Source: Neoconidiobolus thromboides FSU 785 (taxonomy: Eukaryota; Fungi; Entomophthoromycota). From it: a stretch of DNA of 64,000 nt. The notes below the pieces were generated by a model, which worked only from the letters and a program-made list of their open reading frames with translations, was not told where the DNA came from and ran no database searches. Of the stretch, positions 38,053 to 49,059 are shown piece after piece (within the stretch, counting starts at the first letter, position 1; each line of letters opens with the position of its first letter). Both the position numbers and the translations under genes were made by a program. The stretch covers positions 1-64,000 of the forward strand of contig MU626321.1 of the NCBI GenBank assembly GCA_025603075.1, given 5' to 3'.

Positions 38053-39589
38053 ATGAAACGAGCAATTGTAGTAGTATTAGGAGATTTAGGTCATTCACCA
38101 AGGATAATAAATCAAGCATTATCTATTGCTAATTTGCCAAATTATAAAGTAGATTTAGTTGGTTATAAAGGTAATTAACAAAGTCAAAAAATAAATACTA
38201 CATATATAACATCAACTAAATCATTTAAATTTAATTTTTTAGATTCTAAATTGCCTATCAAAATATTAGAAAAAGAAAATATTAATATTAATTATTTATC
38301 CCAAATACAACCTTTACCACCTAATTTACCAGCCTATCTTTATTTACTTTATGCCCCATTTAAAGCTTTATTTTTATTTTTTTCTTTATTAAGTTGTTTA
38401 TTACAATTACCAACTTCTGATTTTATATTAATACAAGTAAATAGATCTTTCAATAATATTTGAATCTAAAATAATACTAATATTCAATATCATTTCCTAT
38501 AGAACCCACCTGCCATACCAACCTTAATAGTCGTTCAATTAGTCTGCTTTATAAAACAAAGTCAATTGATCATCGATTGGCATAATTTTGGTTATTCAAT
38601 ATTGAGTTTAAAATTGGGTATTTCTCATCCGATAGTCAAATTCGCTTATTTTTATGAAAAATTATTTGCAAAGTGGGCATTTATTCATATTACTGTGACT
38701 GAAGCTATGGCTTCAGAATTAAAAAATGAATGGAAAGTTAGGTAAATATTATTATCATTACTCTATCAGTAATTATAGTTTTAATATTTTTTATAATTCA
38801 AGTGGCAAGATAATAGTAGTGCATGATAAATCAGCGGAAGAGTTCCAACCTATGGAATTAAGTCAAATTCATGAATTTATGTTGCAATTAGAAAACACTC
38901 AATCGGAATTTCAATTATTAAAAAAGCAACTTTATATTGATGATGAAAAAGAGACAAGTTTAATTACAGAAAAAAATCAAGAAGTCAAAATAGAATATAG
39001 AAAAAACAGAGTTAAATTAATTGTTAGTAGTACTAGTTGGACTCCTGATGAAGACTTTTCAATTTTATTAAAAGCAATAGAAATTTATAACACTACTATT
39101 TTGAGTAATTCCAATATTAATCCGACCAAATTAGCTATAATAATCACTGGTAAAGGACCTGAGAAAGAAAATTATGAATTAAAAATTAAACAATTAAATG
39201 ATCAATTAACATATGTTAAAATCATTACCACTTGGCTACCAATTGCATTTTATCCCAAATTATTAGCCTGTGCTGATTTAGGAATATCATTACATTTATC
39301 ATCATCAGGTTTAGATTTACCAATGAAAATTGTAGATATGTTTGGTACTGGATTACCAGTTTGTGCCATGGATTTTATGTGTTTATCTGAATTAGTTCAA
39401 CATAATAAAAATGGTTTAGTATTTTCTTCGGCGGAAGAATTAGCTTTGAATTTAGAATCCTTGTTTTTAAAAAAAGAAAATCGAAGTATAGTTAATATCG
39501 AAGAACTTAAAGAGGGAGCTTTGGAGTTTGGGAAAGTGAAATGGGAACAACATTGGAATGATAAATTAAAAGAGGTTTTTATGGACTAA
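38053..39589 (+). CDS. ALG1: Chitobiosyldiphosphodolichol beta-mannosyltransferase, 4 exons
   Basis: VVVLGDLGHSPR, QNPPAIP, IIDWHNFGYSIL, VSSTSWTPDEDF, ITGKGP and ADLGISLHLSSSGLDLPMKIVDMFG motifs. Introns near 38171, 38437 and 38741. Confidence 0.93.
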
Positions 39590-39949
39590 AAAGTTATATT
39601 AGTTAAAAATAAAAAGTAAGATTTGTTTTATTACGGATTTTATATATGAAAGTGTTTTTACCAATTGTCCTTTGTTATTTTAAAAAAATTAAACTTTACT
39701 GTAATTTTATGTTTTTCTATAAATGCCTTTTATTTCAAGTTTGAATTATTTTCATTAGTTAGTTAATATTCAAAATTTTAAAAAAGCAGTAAAAAAGAAA
39801 AATTAGTAAAAAAAGCATTATTATACATTGTTATTACAATTAAAATCATAAATTCAGCTGTACAGTATAATAATATAATAATACAATAACAGTTTAAAGT
39901 ATATTAGTTAGCATTTTAATATTAGAATATAGATGTAAAACTAGAAATT

Positions 39950-40660
39950 TCAAGCCATTGTAAAATCTGGTACTCAGGGTTTGGAGTCAAGAACAGCTAT
40001 TGCTGGGTTGACTACACTATAAGTCGAAAGGTCTTAGTTCATGTGACTAAGATAGACTTGGATTATGAGGAATAGCACGTAATAGGTTACAAGCTATATA
40101 AGACAAATAGAATAGACAATACTAATGTAAAATCTATGTAAAATACTATTAANNNNNNNNNNNNNNNNNNNNNNNNNNNNNNNNNNNNNNNNNNNNNNNN
40201 NNNNNNNNNNNNNNNNNNNNNNNNNNNNNNNNNNNNNNNNNNNNNNNNNNNNNNNNNNNNNNNNNNNNNNNNNNNNNNNNNNNNNNNNNNNNNNNNNNNN
40301 NNNNNNNNNNNNNNNNNNNNNNNNNNNNNNNNNNNNNNNNNNNNNNNNNNNNNNNNNNNNNNNNNNNNNNNNTTTATACTCTGAAAAGTATAAGTATCAA
40401 AATGAGAAGATAATATTCTTTGGGATGGAGTTAGAAATCCTCATAACAAATCAAACTAAGAACGTGGGATTGGTTTTCTCTGAACTCAAGAATACAACAG
40501 CTTAGGAGATTGTTATGTTATAATTAACCATGGGACTGACAAAGCGATATTTCACACCATAGATGTTTATGAAATTTTATTGGATAACACATAATAAAAT
40601 TTATCAATCTAGAATTGAATCATCTAAAGCTAAAGGATTGATTCTATTAAAACTTTAAAA
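39950..40660 (+). mobile_element. possible decayed non-LTR retrotransposon fragment spanning a gap
   Basis: Stop-interrupted frame after the gap (KYKYQNEKIIFFGMEL...LTMGLTKRYFTP*MFMKFY...IYQSRIES) loosely resembles the region downstream of LINE RT (MG..F.P....Y...R.EY). Weak. Confidence 0.25.
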
Positions 40661-40700
40661 CTATAAATTATATTTTAACATTAGTTTCCTTAAACCCTAC

Positions 40701-40805
40701 ATATGGGGATGTTTTTTTTGGCTTCATTACTTTTTCCATCTTCTAAGCGCTATTTGAGTGGGAAAATTGTTAGTAAAATTCTTAAACATAAAAATATATC
40801 CCCAT
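40701..40805 (-). mobile_element. mini-TIR element, copy 10
   Basis: ATATGGGGATGT...TAAGCGCTATTTGAGTGGGAAAATTGTTAGTAAAATTCTTAAAC...ATATCCCCAT. Confidence 0.85.
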
Positions 40806-41153
40806 GTTTTTAATAATTAATGTTCTTCTTGGCTTAACTCTTTGACCATTTTGGTATTCAAAAACTTTGTTCTTCTACATGCTTTGAGAATTCTAAATTG
40901 AAGTTTAGCTTTCTAATAATAGTATAATTTTACTCCTATGATATACTTTAATCCTTCTTTAAACTCACTATGTGAGCTGTTTTCGTTATATTTTAAGCGC
41001 AGAACATGTATACTATTGTATAGCTTTCTATATCCTTCAAATATCTTTAATACTTTTTGTTTACCAAAGATTTTAAGTATTATTAGACATATAGTAATTT
41101 CTTCTGTTATACAATGCAAGGATACTAAAAATTAAACCTAATATATATAAATT

Positions 41154-41260
41154 ATATGAAAATGTTTTTTTTTGGTTTCATCACTTTTTCCATCTTTAAG
41201 CATTATTTAAGTGGAAAGATTTTTAGTAAAATTTTTTAGTACAAAAATACACCCCCATAT
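41154..41260 (-). mobile_element. mini-TIR element, copy 11
   Basis: GGTTTCATCACTTTTTCCATCTTTAAGCATTATTTAAGTGGAAAG...AATACACCCCCATAT. Confidence 0.75.
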
Positions 41261-41764
41261 ACTTATCTAAAATATTAAATGATTAATAAAAACCCCATAT
41301 TAAAAGCACCTTACTCATTGGTACATCTCATTTATATATTCTTTTACTTCTAATTGAAAATTGGGCTTTAAGTTAAATATTTCACATGACCCAATCAACA
41401 GTATCAAAGATAGGCATTAGTTTAGACACATTAAAAAGAAATAAAGTGATATTTTAATATTGTTTTATAGCTTCAATCTAATTGGTAGTATTTCTTAGCT
41501 AATAAGTTTAAATAGAGGGATGATGTACTTGTTTAAGATCAAATCATCAAACTTAAATCCAATGCTAATCTTAACTAACCTAAACAACTATAGAAAAGAT
41601 ACAAGCTTTTAATACAATACATGATGTAAAAAGTTGCTTCTTTTTTAGATGCTTGGTCTATAGTATTCCTAAGCGTGTTTAAAAATTCTATATCAAAGAT
41701 GGCTTTTAGTATATTAAAATTAAAAAATTAGAAATTGATTAATAGTTAGAAAAAGAATTGAAAA

Positions 41765-41869
41765 ATATGGGGATATATTTTTTTATTTAGGAATTTTCCT
41801 AACAATCTTTTCACTCAAATAGCCCTTGAAAATGAAAAAAGTGATGAAATCAAAAAAATATCCTTATAT
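41765..41869 (+). mobile_element. mini-TIR element, copy 12
   Basis: ATATGGGGATAT...CACTCAAATAGCCCTTGAAAATGAAAAAAGTGATGAAATC...ATCCTTATAT. Confidence 0.8.
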
Positions 41870-42879
41870 AGCATCCTGTGTTAAACATAAAAACTAGTCA
41901 AAGGCCTCAATTACCACATTTGATACATGATAACACTCCTTATTTGGATTGGTCTAAATTATAGCTCTCTTACTTCTCCTCTGTTCTTTTTGGCTTATAT
42001 GATCTTCTAGACTTTCCTCCTAAATACCATATAAACCCTATAATAATAGCAATAATAACAACAATAAATAGACTGGTTATGCTAAAAATTATAAATTATT
42101 TGCTTTTCTTTTTAGATATTAACCAGTATCCAGTTCAGTTCTATCAAGGAATTTTCTGTTTAACAATACCAGATGGTTGTGAATAAAACTAATAGCATCT
42201 GTAAAACTTTTAATCCTTCAAACCTTATATAAAAATGACTATTTAAACTTGATAAAACTTTGATCACTAATCCCTTTGTTATTTTAATGGTAATATTGTG
42301 TCAACTAGATTTCCTTTATTTAAATAATGCTAGTATAATTTTTGACATTATAAACATTTAGATGATATTTTTTACTCTAGTTGAAAATGAATTTCTAATT
42401 TATAACTACAAGAATGATTGATCTACTTGCCATTGGAGTTCTAATTTCAATCCTATTTTAATAACTATGGTGAACATGACAATGCTATTTATACTATTAA
42501 TAACAGTCTTTAATGATAGTATTTAAATAATGCTAATCATTTAAAAACAATCCAAGTGATAAGGATATTTCTGAGAGTTTTTACTTTAGTTCTTTTTGCG
42601 TTGACCTTGTCTTTATTGTAAAAGATATTATAACTTCAACACAAAACTATCTTTGTTACAATAGTATCTTTTTATTATTACACTAACAACTACCTTTATA
42701 ATACTGTATCTTTTGAAAAGTAAAGGAGAACTATTTGAACTTTTAACTTTAATTTTATTAATTTATATAACGCTTGTGGACAACCTTTCTTTAATCATTA
42801 GAAAATGGGTTACATTTAACAGCTACTACTAAAAAATTTAATAAAATGTTTTAAAAGTTATAACACAAACAAAAGGAGC

Positions 42880-42981
42880 TATACTTAGACATTTTTTTGG
42901 TTTCATTACTTTTTGCATTAAGTGCTATTTGAATGGAAAAATTGTTAGTAAAATCCTTGAACAAAAAAATATATTCCTATT
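42880..42981 (-). mobile_element. mini-TIR element, copy 13
   Basis: GGTTTCATTACTTTTTGCATTAAGTGCTATTTGAATGGAAAAATTGTTAGTAAAATCCTTGAAC...ATATTCCTAT. Confidence 0.75.
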
Positions 42982-43410
42982 TGTTTAATATAATAAGACT
43001 GTTTTAAAGTATAAACTTATTCTCACCTTTACTTTTGAATTGACTATTTTACATCAACCAAACTTCTCAGTTTTCATTTATATTGTTTTAAAGTACAATC
43101 AGGTTAATCCCTAAATGTTATTTTAGGATTGTTATTGTATTTAATATGTATTTAATAATTTTGATATTAGCTCTTTTGGATCAAATTTCATGAAAAGAAC
43201 TTATTAGTTGATTAAATTTATTTATAAAAATATACTAACTATTTTGTAAATCTACTCAATACATATTATCAATATAATAATACTAAAAACTGTTAATTGT
43301 AATAGAAATAAATAAAAGTTTTATTATTGATATGTAGATTATAGCAAAAGATTAAGATTAAACTAAAATAGAATGATAAGGTTAAGCCATTCAAGGGTGA
43401 CAATAAAAGT

Positions 43411-45331
43411 TTAATCTGTTTTCTTTTCCTTTCGTTCATCATTCTTATTCTCCACATTTATCTGACTAATATTCTTCTTTTTATCTTCAATGACATCTTT
43501 TAGCGCAACAATATCTGTCTTTTCCAAATTTGAAAGTAAAGTAACATCCGTTTGGAAAGCAAGTCTCATACCCATCCAAGAAAGGGTACGACGATATTCA
43601 TCATTTTCATCATACTTTTTAGCTTCTTTTGATTTTTCATCTAAAAATTGATCCAAATCAGGGTAACTTCTTTTCTTTACATTTGGATTATTACTTTGTA
43701 AATAATTTCGATTCATTTCCCCCAATTTCCATAATTCCGATAATTTTTGACTACCCATAGTATAAGGTGGTAATTTAACTTTAGTTAACATTTTTTCTTT
43801 ATTTTTAGCTCCATTAATTTGATGTTTTTGTTTATCTTTTCTTTCTTTTTCAATAATCTCTCTAGTTTGTTTAGCATCTAATTTTTGTCCATTGGGTTGT
43901 GGATAAGCTGAACATCCTAAATTTTTCCAAGTTGAAAATGCAGGTTCGAATTTAAGTATATCTCGAATAAAACGTGGAAAACGTTCACCACCAAATGGAG
44001 AATCTCTACAAGCATCAAATGCTCTTTCTTTACATCTTATAAGCCATTCTGATTGATCTCTATTCCAATTAAAATTGGCTGGTGGTCTAGCAGCCACAGG
44101 AAAAGTAGTAGAAGAGGTTTGATCAATAGAAGAGAGAAATTGTAATACAATACAAATTTGTACTAATACAGTTCGTTGAAAATCAGGATCATTTAATTGA
44201 TGAGGGAATACTTTTAAATCTGTTAAAAAATGAACTAAAGAATTGGTTGCTATATTTTCTAACTTGGGCCGTTGAACTGCTTTTTTAGCATTTGCTTCAC
44301 GAATAGAGGAGGGTAATCTACTTTGGTTCGTTCGAAACTTTTTCAATGCTTCACGCCTTTCTGTAGACGAAGTTTTAAAGCGATCAAATACCCAATCAAT
44401 GGAAGATTGAAATTCTCTAAATGTATTAATATCAAATAACTGTATTGGATTACAAAGGCAATTAATTAATTTCCAGAAACGTTTATGTTGTCTTTTATCT
44501 TCATCAGAAACATTATAATTGGCATCTTTTTCTTTATCATATCTTGGAATACTATCAAGATTAAAGTCACCACGAGTATTTACTCCAGATCGATCATTTA
44601 GTGGGAGTGATTTAGTTAATAAAACTCGAAGTTCTCCACGATATGTCCCTTCTTTAATATTAACTGCTCTACGTTGTAAATCATTACATATTCTTAAAAA
44701 CACCAAACTTTTTCCTACATTAGGTATCATTTTATCGGTAATCAAGCCAATGCGTTCAGAAAGATAAGTAATAATATAAATTAAATCATTAGAAGTAAGA
44801 GTAGCACAGATTTCTTCAATCAAAATTAATGGAAATGATAAGTCGCAGAATTCTACTCAAAATTAGTTATTAGTTTTAGAAACTTTGATTACGCTACCTT
44901 GGTCAGCACAATAATGGACTAAATCTAGGTAAAGATACAAAGGTTCAAGATCCATCTTTTCGTTGGTCATTGTATTCTAGAAACAGTTAATGCTGTAACT
45001 TCAGATGGAGCGATAATCTTACTTTAATATTCCAATAAAAAAATCTAAAACTTATCTCAAGGGTTGATTTAACAAGTTCAGTATAATCCTTATTCTCTTT
45101 ATAATCTTCTTTATCTTTATTTTCTTTATTAATATTATCCTGAATAGATTTAGCTGCTTCCATTAACTCGTCGATTTTAGGTAGTAAATGGGCTTGATAT
45201 GTTGATTTAATAAACTCCAAGTTGTATCTTGAACCATTTTTTTTATAAAAATCAAATAAATTAATTGAAATAGTGTTAAGTGCCTCGATATATACTTTAT
45301 ACATATTGTCAAATGAAACAGTATCTGTCAT
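43411..45331 (-). CDS. THOC1: THO complex subunit 1 (Hpr1/THOC1), 3 exons (45331-45023, 44976-44898, 44852-43411), ~609 aa
   Basis: LRICNDLQRR, RGELRVLLTKSLPLNDRSGVNTRGDFN and FSTWKNLGC match THOC1 blocks. Both GT-AG introns keep the frame. Confidence 0.85.
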
Positions 45332-45933
45332 CTTTATTAATTTATTATTATCGATACTAGTTTATTGAATGTATGCTGAAATGAATTGAATACAAACAAA
45401 ACTTAAAATTACCCTAGATAACTTTTGTAAAACAAAAAACTTTTCCTCTAATGGCGCTAAACTTGTTGTAATTTGATTGGACTTTGTAAAAGTATTCAAT
45501 TTTAATTAGTGAATTAAAAATAGTGGTAGTAATATCCAAGATTAATTAAGTATGAATAATTCTTTTAAATAGCTTCCTTTAACCTAATATCAGTACTGAT
45601 ATTTTACTATTATTGGGCTAAATTAATGCTATTTGGAACTCATTCCTTCATTTGAACCTGTAATATTAAATAAAAGTAATTTCAACAACTAAAAAGGGTT
45701 CTTTAGAATCTAAAAAATAAACTATAAGCCAATGAAATGAATTGTTATCAAGATAAAATAAATGCTAGAAACTCAAAATTTATTTATTTTTTTTATAACC
45801 TTTAAAAAATCATTAGTTTTGGTAATAACTTTTTAACAATTACTTTATACTTGCATATAACTATGAATAATCATAACCCCTAACTTACTCAATATCAATT
45901 ATCCTCTTACATATATACTATTAGTGCAAAATT

Positions 45934-46695
45934 ATGAGCGGCATGACCACCATCTATGTAAGGGGCTTTAGTCCAACGATTCGAGCAAAAGAGTTAGCTG
46001 TTGAATTTGAAAAATATGGACCAATTATTCGATGTGATATACCAATGGCGCGTACAAAGCATGCGTTCCCATTTGCTTTTGTAGAATATGCGAATCCAAA
46101 GGATGCTGAAGCAGCAATGCAAAACCAAGCTAACTTTAACCTTAATGGTTCAAAAATCTATATTGAATGGGCAAGAACAAAGTTGGATCTTGATAGGCTC
46201 GAAAATGGCCCAAGGCATCGTAGGATGAGCCCTAGAAGACGCTCAAGATCTCCAAGGCCAAAGTATACAGGTCCAGGTCCAGGTCCACGTTCAAGGTCAC
46301 CTAGACCAAGGTATACGGGACCAATTTCAAGATCCCCTTATTTAGGTCGTCGGTATCGATCAAGATCACCTTTATCGTCACGACGTTATCGATCAAGATC
46401 ACCTCATTCATCACATCGATATCGATCAAGATCACCTTATTCAAATCAACGACTACGCTCACGTTCACCATATTCACCACGTAAATCAAGGTCACCAAGA
46501 TATCGTTCAAGGTCCTCAGAAAGAGGTAGGAGCATGAAGAGGAACACTGCTAGTGTATCACCGGAAAGAATTGAAAAAGAAGATAGGTATAGAGGTGAAA
46601 ATAAGGATAATGAGTTTACTGCGGATAACTCAGGGGTTGGCGAAAAGACAAATGGGGAAACTAAAGGGTCTTATGATTTAGTGAATAGTAATTAA
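45934..46695 (+). CDS. SR-family splicing factor (single RRM plus RS domain), S. pombe Srp1-like, intronless
   Basis: IYVRGF...RAKELAVEFEKYGPIIRCDIP...PFAFVEY RRM followed by RSRSP repeats. Confidence 0.88.
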   Translation: MSGMTTIYVRGFSPTIRAKELAVEFEKYGPIIRCDIPMARTKHAFPFAFVEYANPKDAEAAMQNQANFNLNGSKIYIEWARTKLDLDRLENGPRHRRMSPRRRSRSPRPKYTGPGPGPRSRSPRPRYTGPISRSPYLGRRYRSRSPLSSRRYRSRSPHSSHRYRSRSPYSNQRLRSRSPYSPRKSRSPRYRSRSSERGRSMKRNTASVSPERIEKEDRYRGENKDNEFTADNSGVGEKTNGETKGSYDLVNSN

Positions 46696-47315
46696 AAGTT
46701 GCTATGTTTGATTGTATTTAATTTTATGCTTTGGCGTATTATTTGAAATTTAATTATATGATACAAAATAATATTACCCTGATAGTTTGGTTTAGGGTTT
46801 ATTTGTGTTTTAATGCTAATTGTTTAGACACGAATATACTTTTTAATTTGAGTTAACTTCTGATTGTTATTCATTCCATTTTCAAGTTGAATTGGGAGTA
46901 ATTAATACTTTTATTATATCTTGATTAGTATGAAAAAATAAAACTAAACATAAACTGCAAATAAAAGAGATAATCTTTATCATAGTAAATTATTACACTT
47001 TGATTTCCTACATTTTCTTTAGACTTTATATTTATTTTATCTTTAAACAATGTTCAATTGGCAACTTTGATATATTATTATAATTTAATATAATTTATAA
47101 TAAGTAGTTTTATACTGTCGATAATGCATATTTAAAGTTAAACTAACTGGCTATTTTAAATTTTAATACACTATATATCTTAAATCATCACTCATAACTA
47201 CAGTTTAAATCACATTTACGTGCTCAAATACAACGTAGAATAAATCAAAAAATCAAATTTTACTAACAAAAAAAGATCACCCAATTCAACTCGTCATCAC
47301 CCGTATTTACATTTA

Positions 47316-48602
47316 CTAAGGAAAAATACGAATCCCACCCAAACTAGTATACTTTCCATCAGGCTGGAAAGATCCCAACTGACATATTTGAAGATGGGTA
47401 ATTTTAAAGGTGCCTAATGAAAAGGTACCAAATTTCTCTATTATCTCTCTAGCATTAAAGCCTCGAAGTTGAATCGTATTCGTTTCAAGTCCTCTCACTG
47501 ATCGAAATTTCAAAATCGTGGCATGAAGCTAAAAGTTTTGCATTAACATAATTATTAAATAGTTAACTATATTACCGTCAATGGTCGATTATCTTCAATT
47601 AATAAACCAGATGCTCGAAAGCGCTCCAATATGACCTCTATAATAGTTTGAGGGAATTTAACTTAATAAACATGTCTGTTTTAATTACCTATCATTACGT
47701 TTAGTTTTTCTTTATTTTGCTGATATGAGTTATCAATCGAGGCATAAATTACTTTTGAAAGTTCTAAACTTAACCATTAATATAAAGCTAACAAAATACA
47801 AAGCTTAAACTGACCCCCTTTTTTACTTTCTGGGAACGTGTCTAAACCCTCTAATAATAAGCTCAATGCTGTTCTTGCCATTATTTCCTTTAACTTAGTT
47901 CTTAATCCATTTAAAATATTTAATGCTTTCATCTCATCACTTTTAGACTGTAAACATAATAATCCAAGCGTTAGATGGATACTTGGTGGCTTTATTAAAA
48001 AATGATAATGTATATCTTCTCTTCCTAAACCTAGTATTTTTCTTTGTAATTGCTGAACTGAATCTACTACTTCATTCTCCATTATTGGCAAACTTAAGAA
48101 GTGGGTACCCGAAGGCTTTCTTTTTGTTTGTTGCTATAATTGAATTTCAGCTTCCATTTTTTTATTTTTTATTTATAATGAATTACCCTCTTTGTTTCTT
48201 CTGTAGTAACTACGTTAAAATTTTCATCTGAATTCACCATGCGTTCTAGTAAATTAACTTTGTGCTAATAAAATTTAAGTATAATAAAATAACACTTAAT
48301 TTTTCTTACTTCTTCAAGGTCCTTTTTATTCACCGCTATATTACTATCTGGAGAGTCCTCTTCTAATGGCAATATTATACCTCTAATAAATCACTAAAAA
48401 TATTAAACTTACTTAATGGTGAGTCCTTTCTAACTTTCATCCATATTCCTTTTACTTTAATAATTTTAAAATTTTCATTGCCAAATGTTTCATTTTCATC
48501 CAACATTTTATTTAAGTTATACTTTGTTGTAGTATAACTAACTTTAAGTGTCTTTTTAATATTTGCTTTTAAAAAGAGTTGATTTTGTTTAAAAATTGAC
48601 AT
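47316..48602 (-). CDS. ASCC1/AKAP7-like 2H phosphoesterase, paralog A (no KH domain), multi-exon
   Basis: Spliced product contains THFLSLP, IHLTLGLL and LHATILK (two HxT motifs) and the C-terminal FNAREIIEKFGTFSLG...DGKY block. Introns at 48309-48265, 48186-48134, 47814-47764, 47688-47638 and 47575-47529. The first intron (48412-48381, 32 nt) is uncertain. Confidence 0.8.
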
Positions 48603-49059
48603 TTTTCTATCTCAGTTGTGATGTTTTTTTGTGCACGTTTTTTAATTTATTGTTTTTATCCTTTTTTTGTGTAATAAATAAGTTTATTATATTTAGAACT
48701 TAATCTCTTTTTACAAATATAATGATTTAAATCTGGATAGCTCTATGTTATTATTTTTTTAATTTAAGTATGTATACTGTATTATCTATATATTTGGCAC
48801 TATTTATCTGTTTCAAGTAATAGTATAACACGAATAATAATGAGCTAACCCTAACATTAACAAATATTAAGTAAAATATCCCCTTTTAAACTATGAAAAT
48901 CTTAACTTACTTGATTGGCAGAAATAGCCTTTAAATTAAGCTGCAATTTTTATTCAAAAATCAAAAATCAAAGATAATTTATTAACAAAATAGTTAGTCC
49001 AATCAAACCAAACAAGTAAATTTTAAGTGTACTTCAATTTGTTTTTTTAAATTTTTAAC

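Noticed and set aside
41900-42850. Decayed hAT or zinc-finger transposase remnant on the minus strand (LLVLFTTIWYC)
   Set aside because: Resemblance is limited to a few residues among numerous stops.
43935-43960. GGTTCGAA T-loop-like motif (tRNA)
   Set aside because: Lies inside the THOC1 CDS with no cloverleaf.
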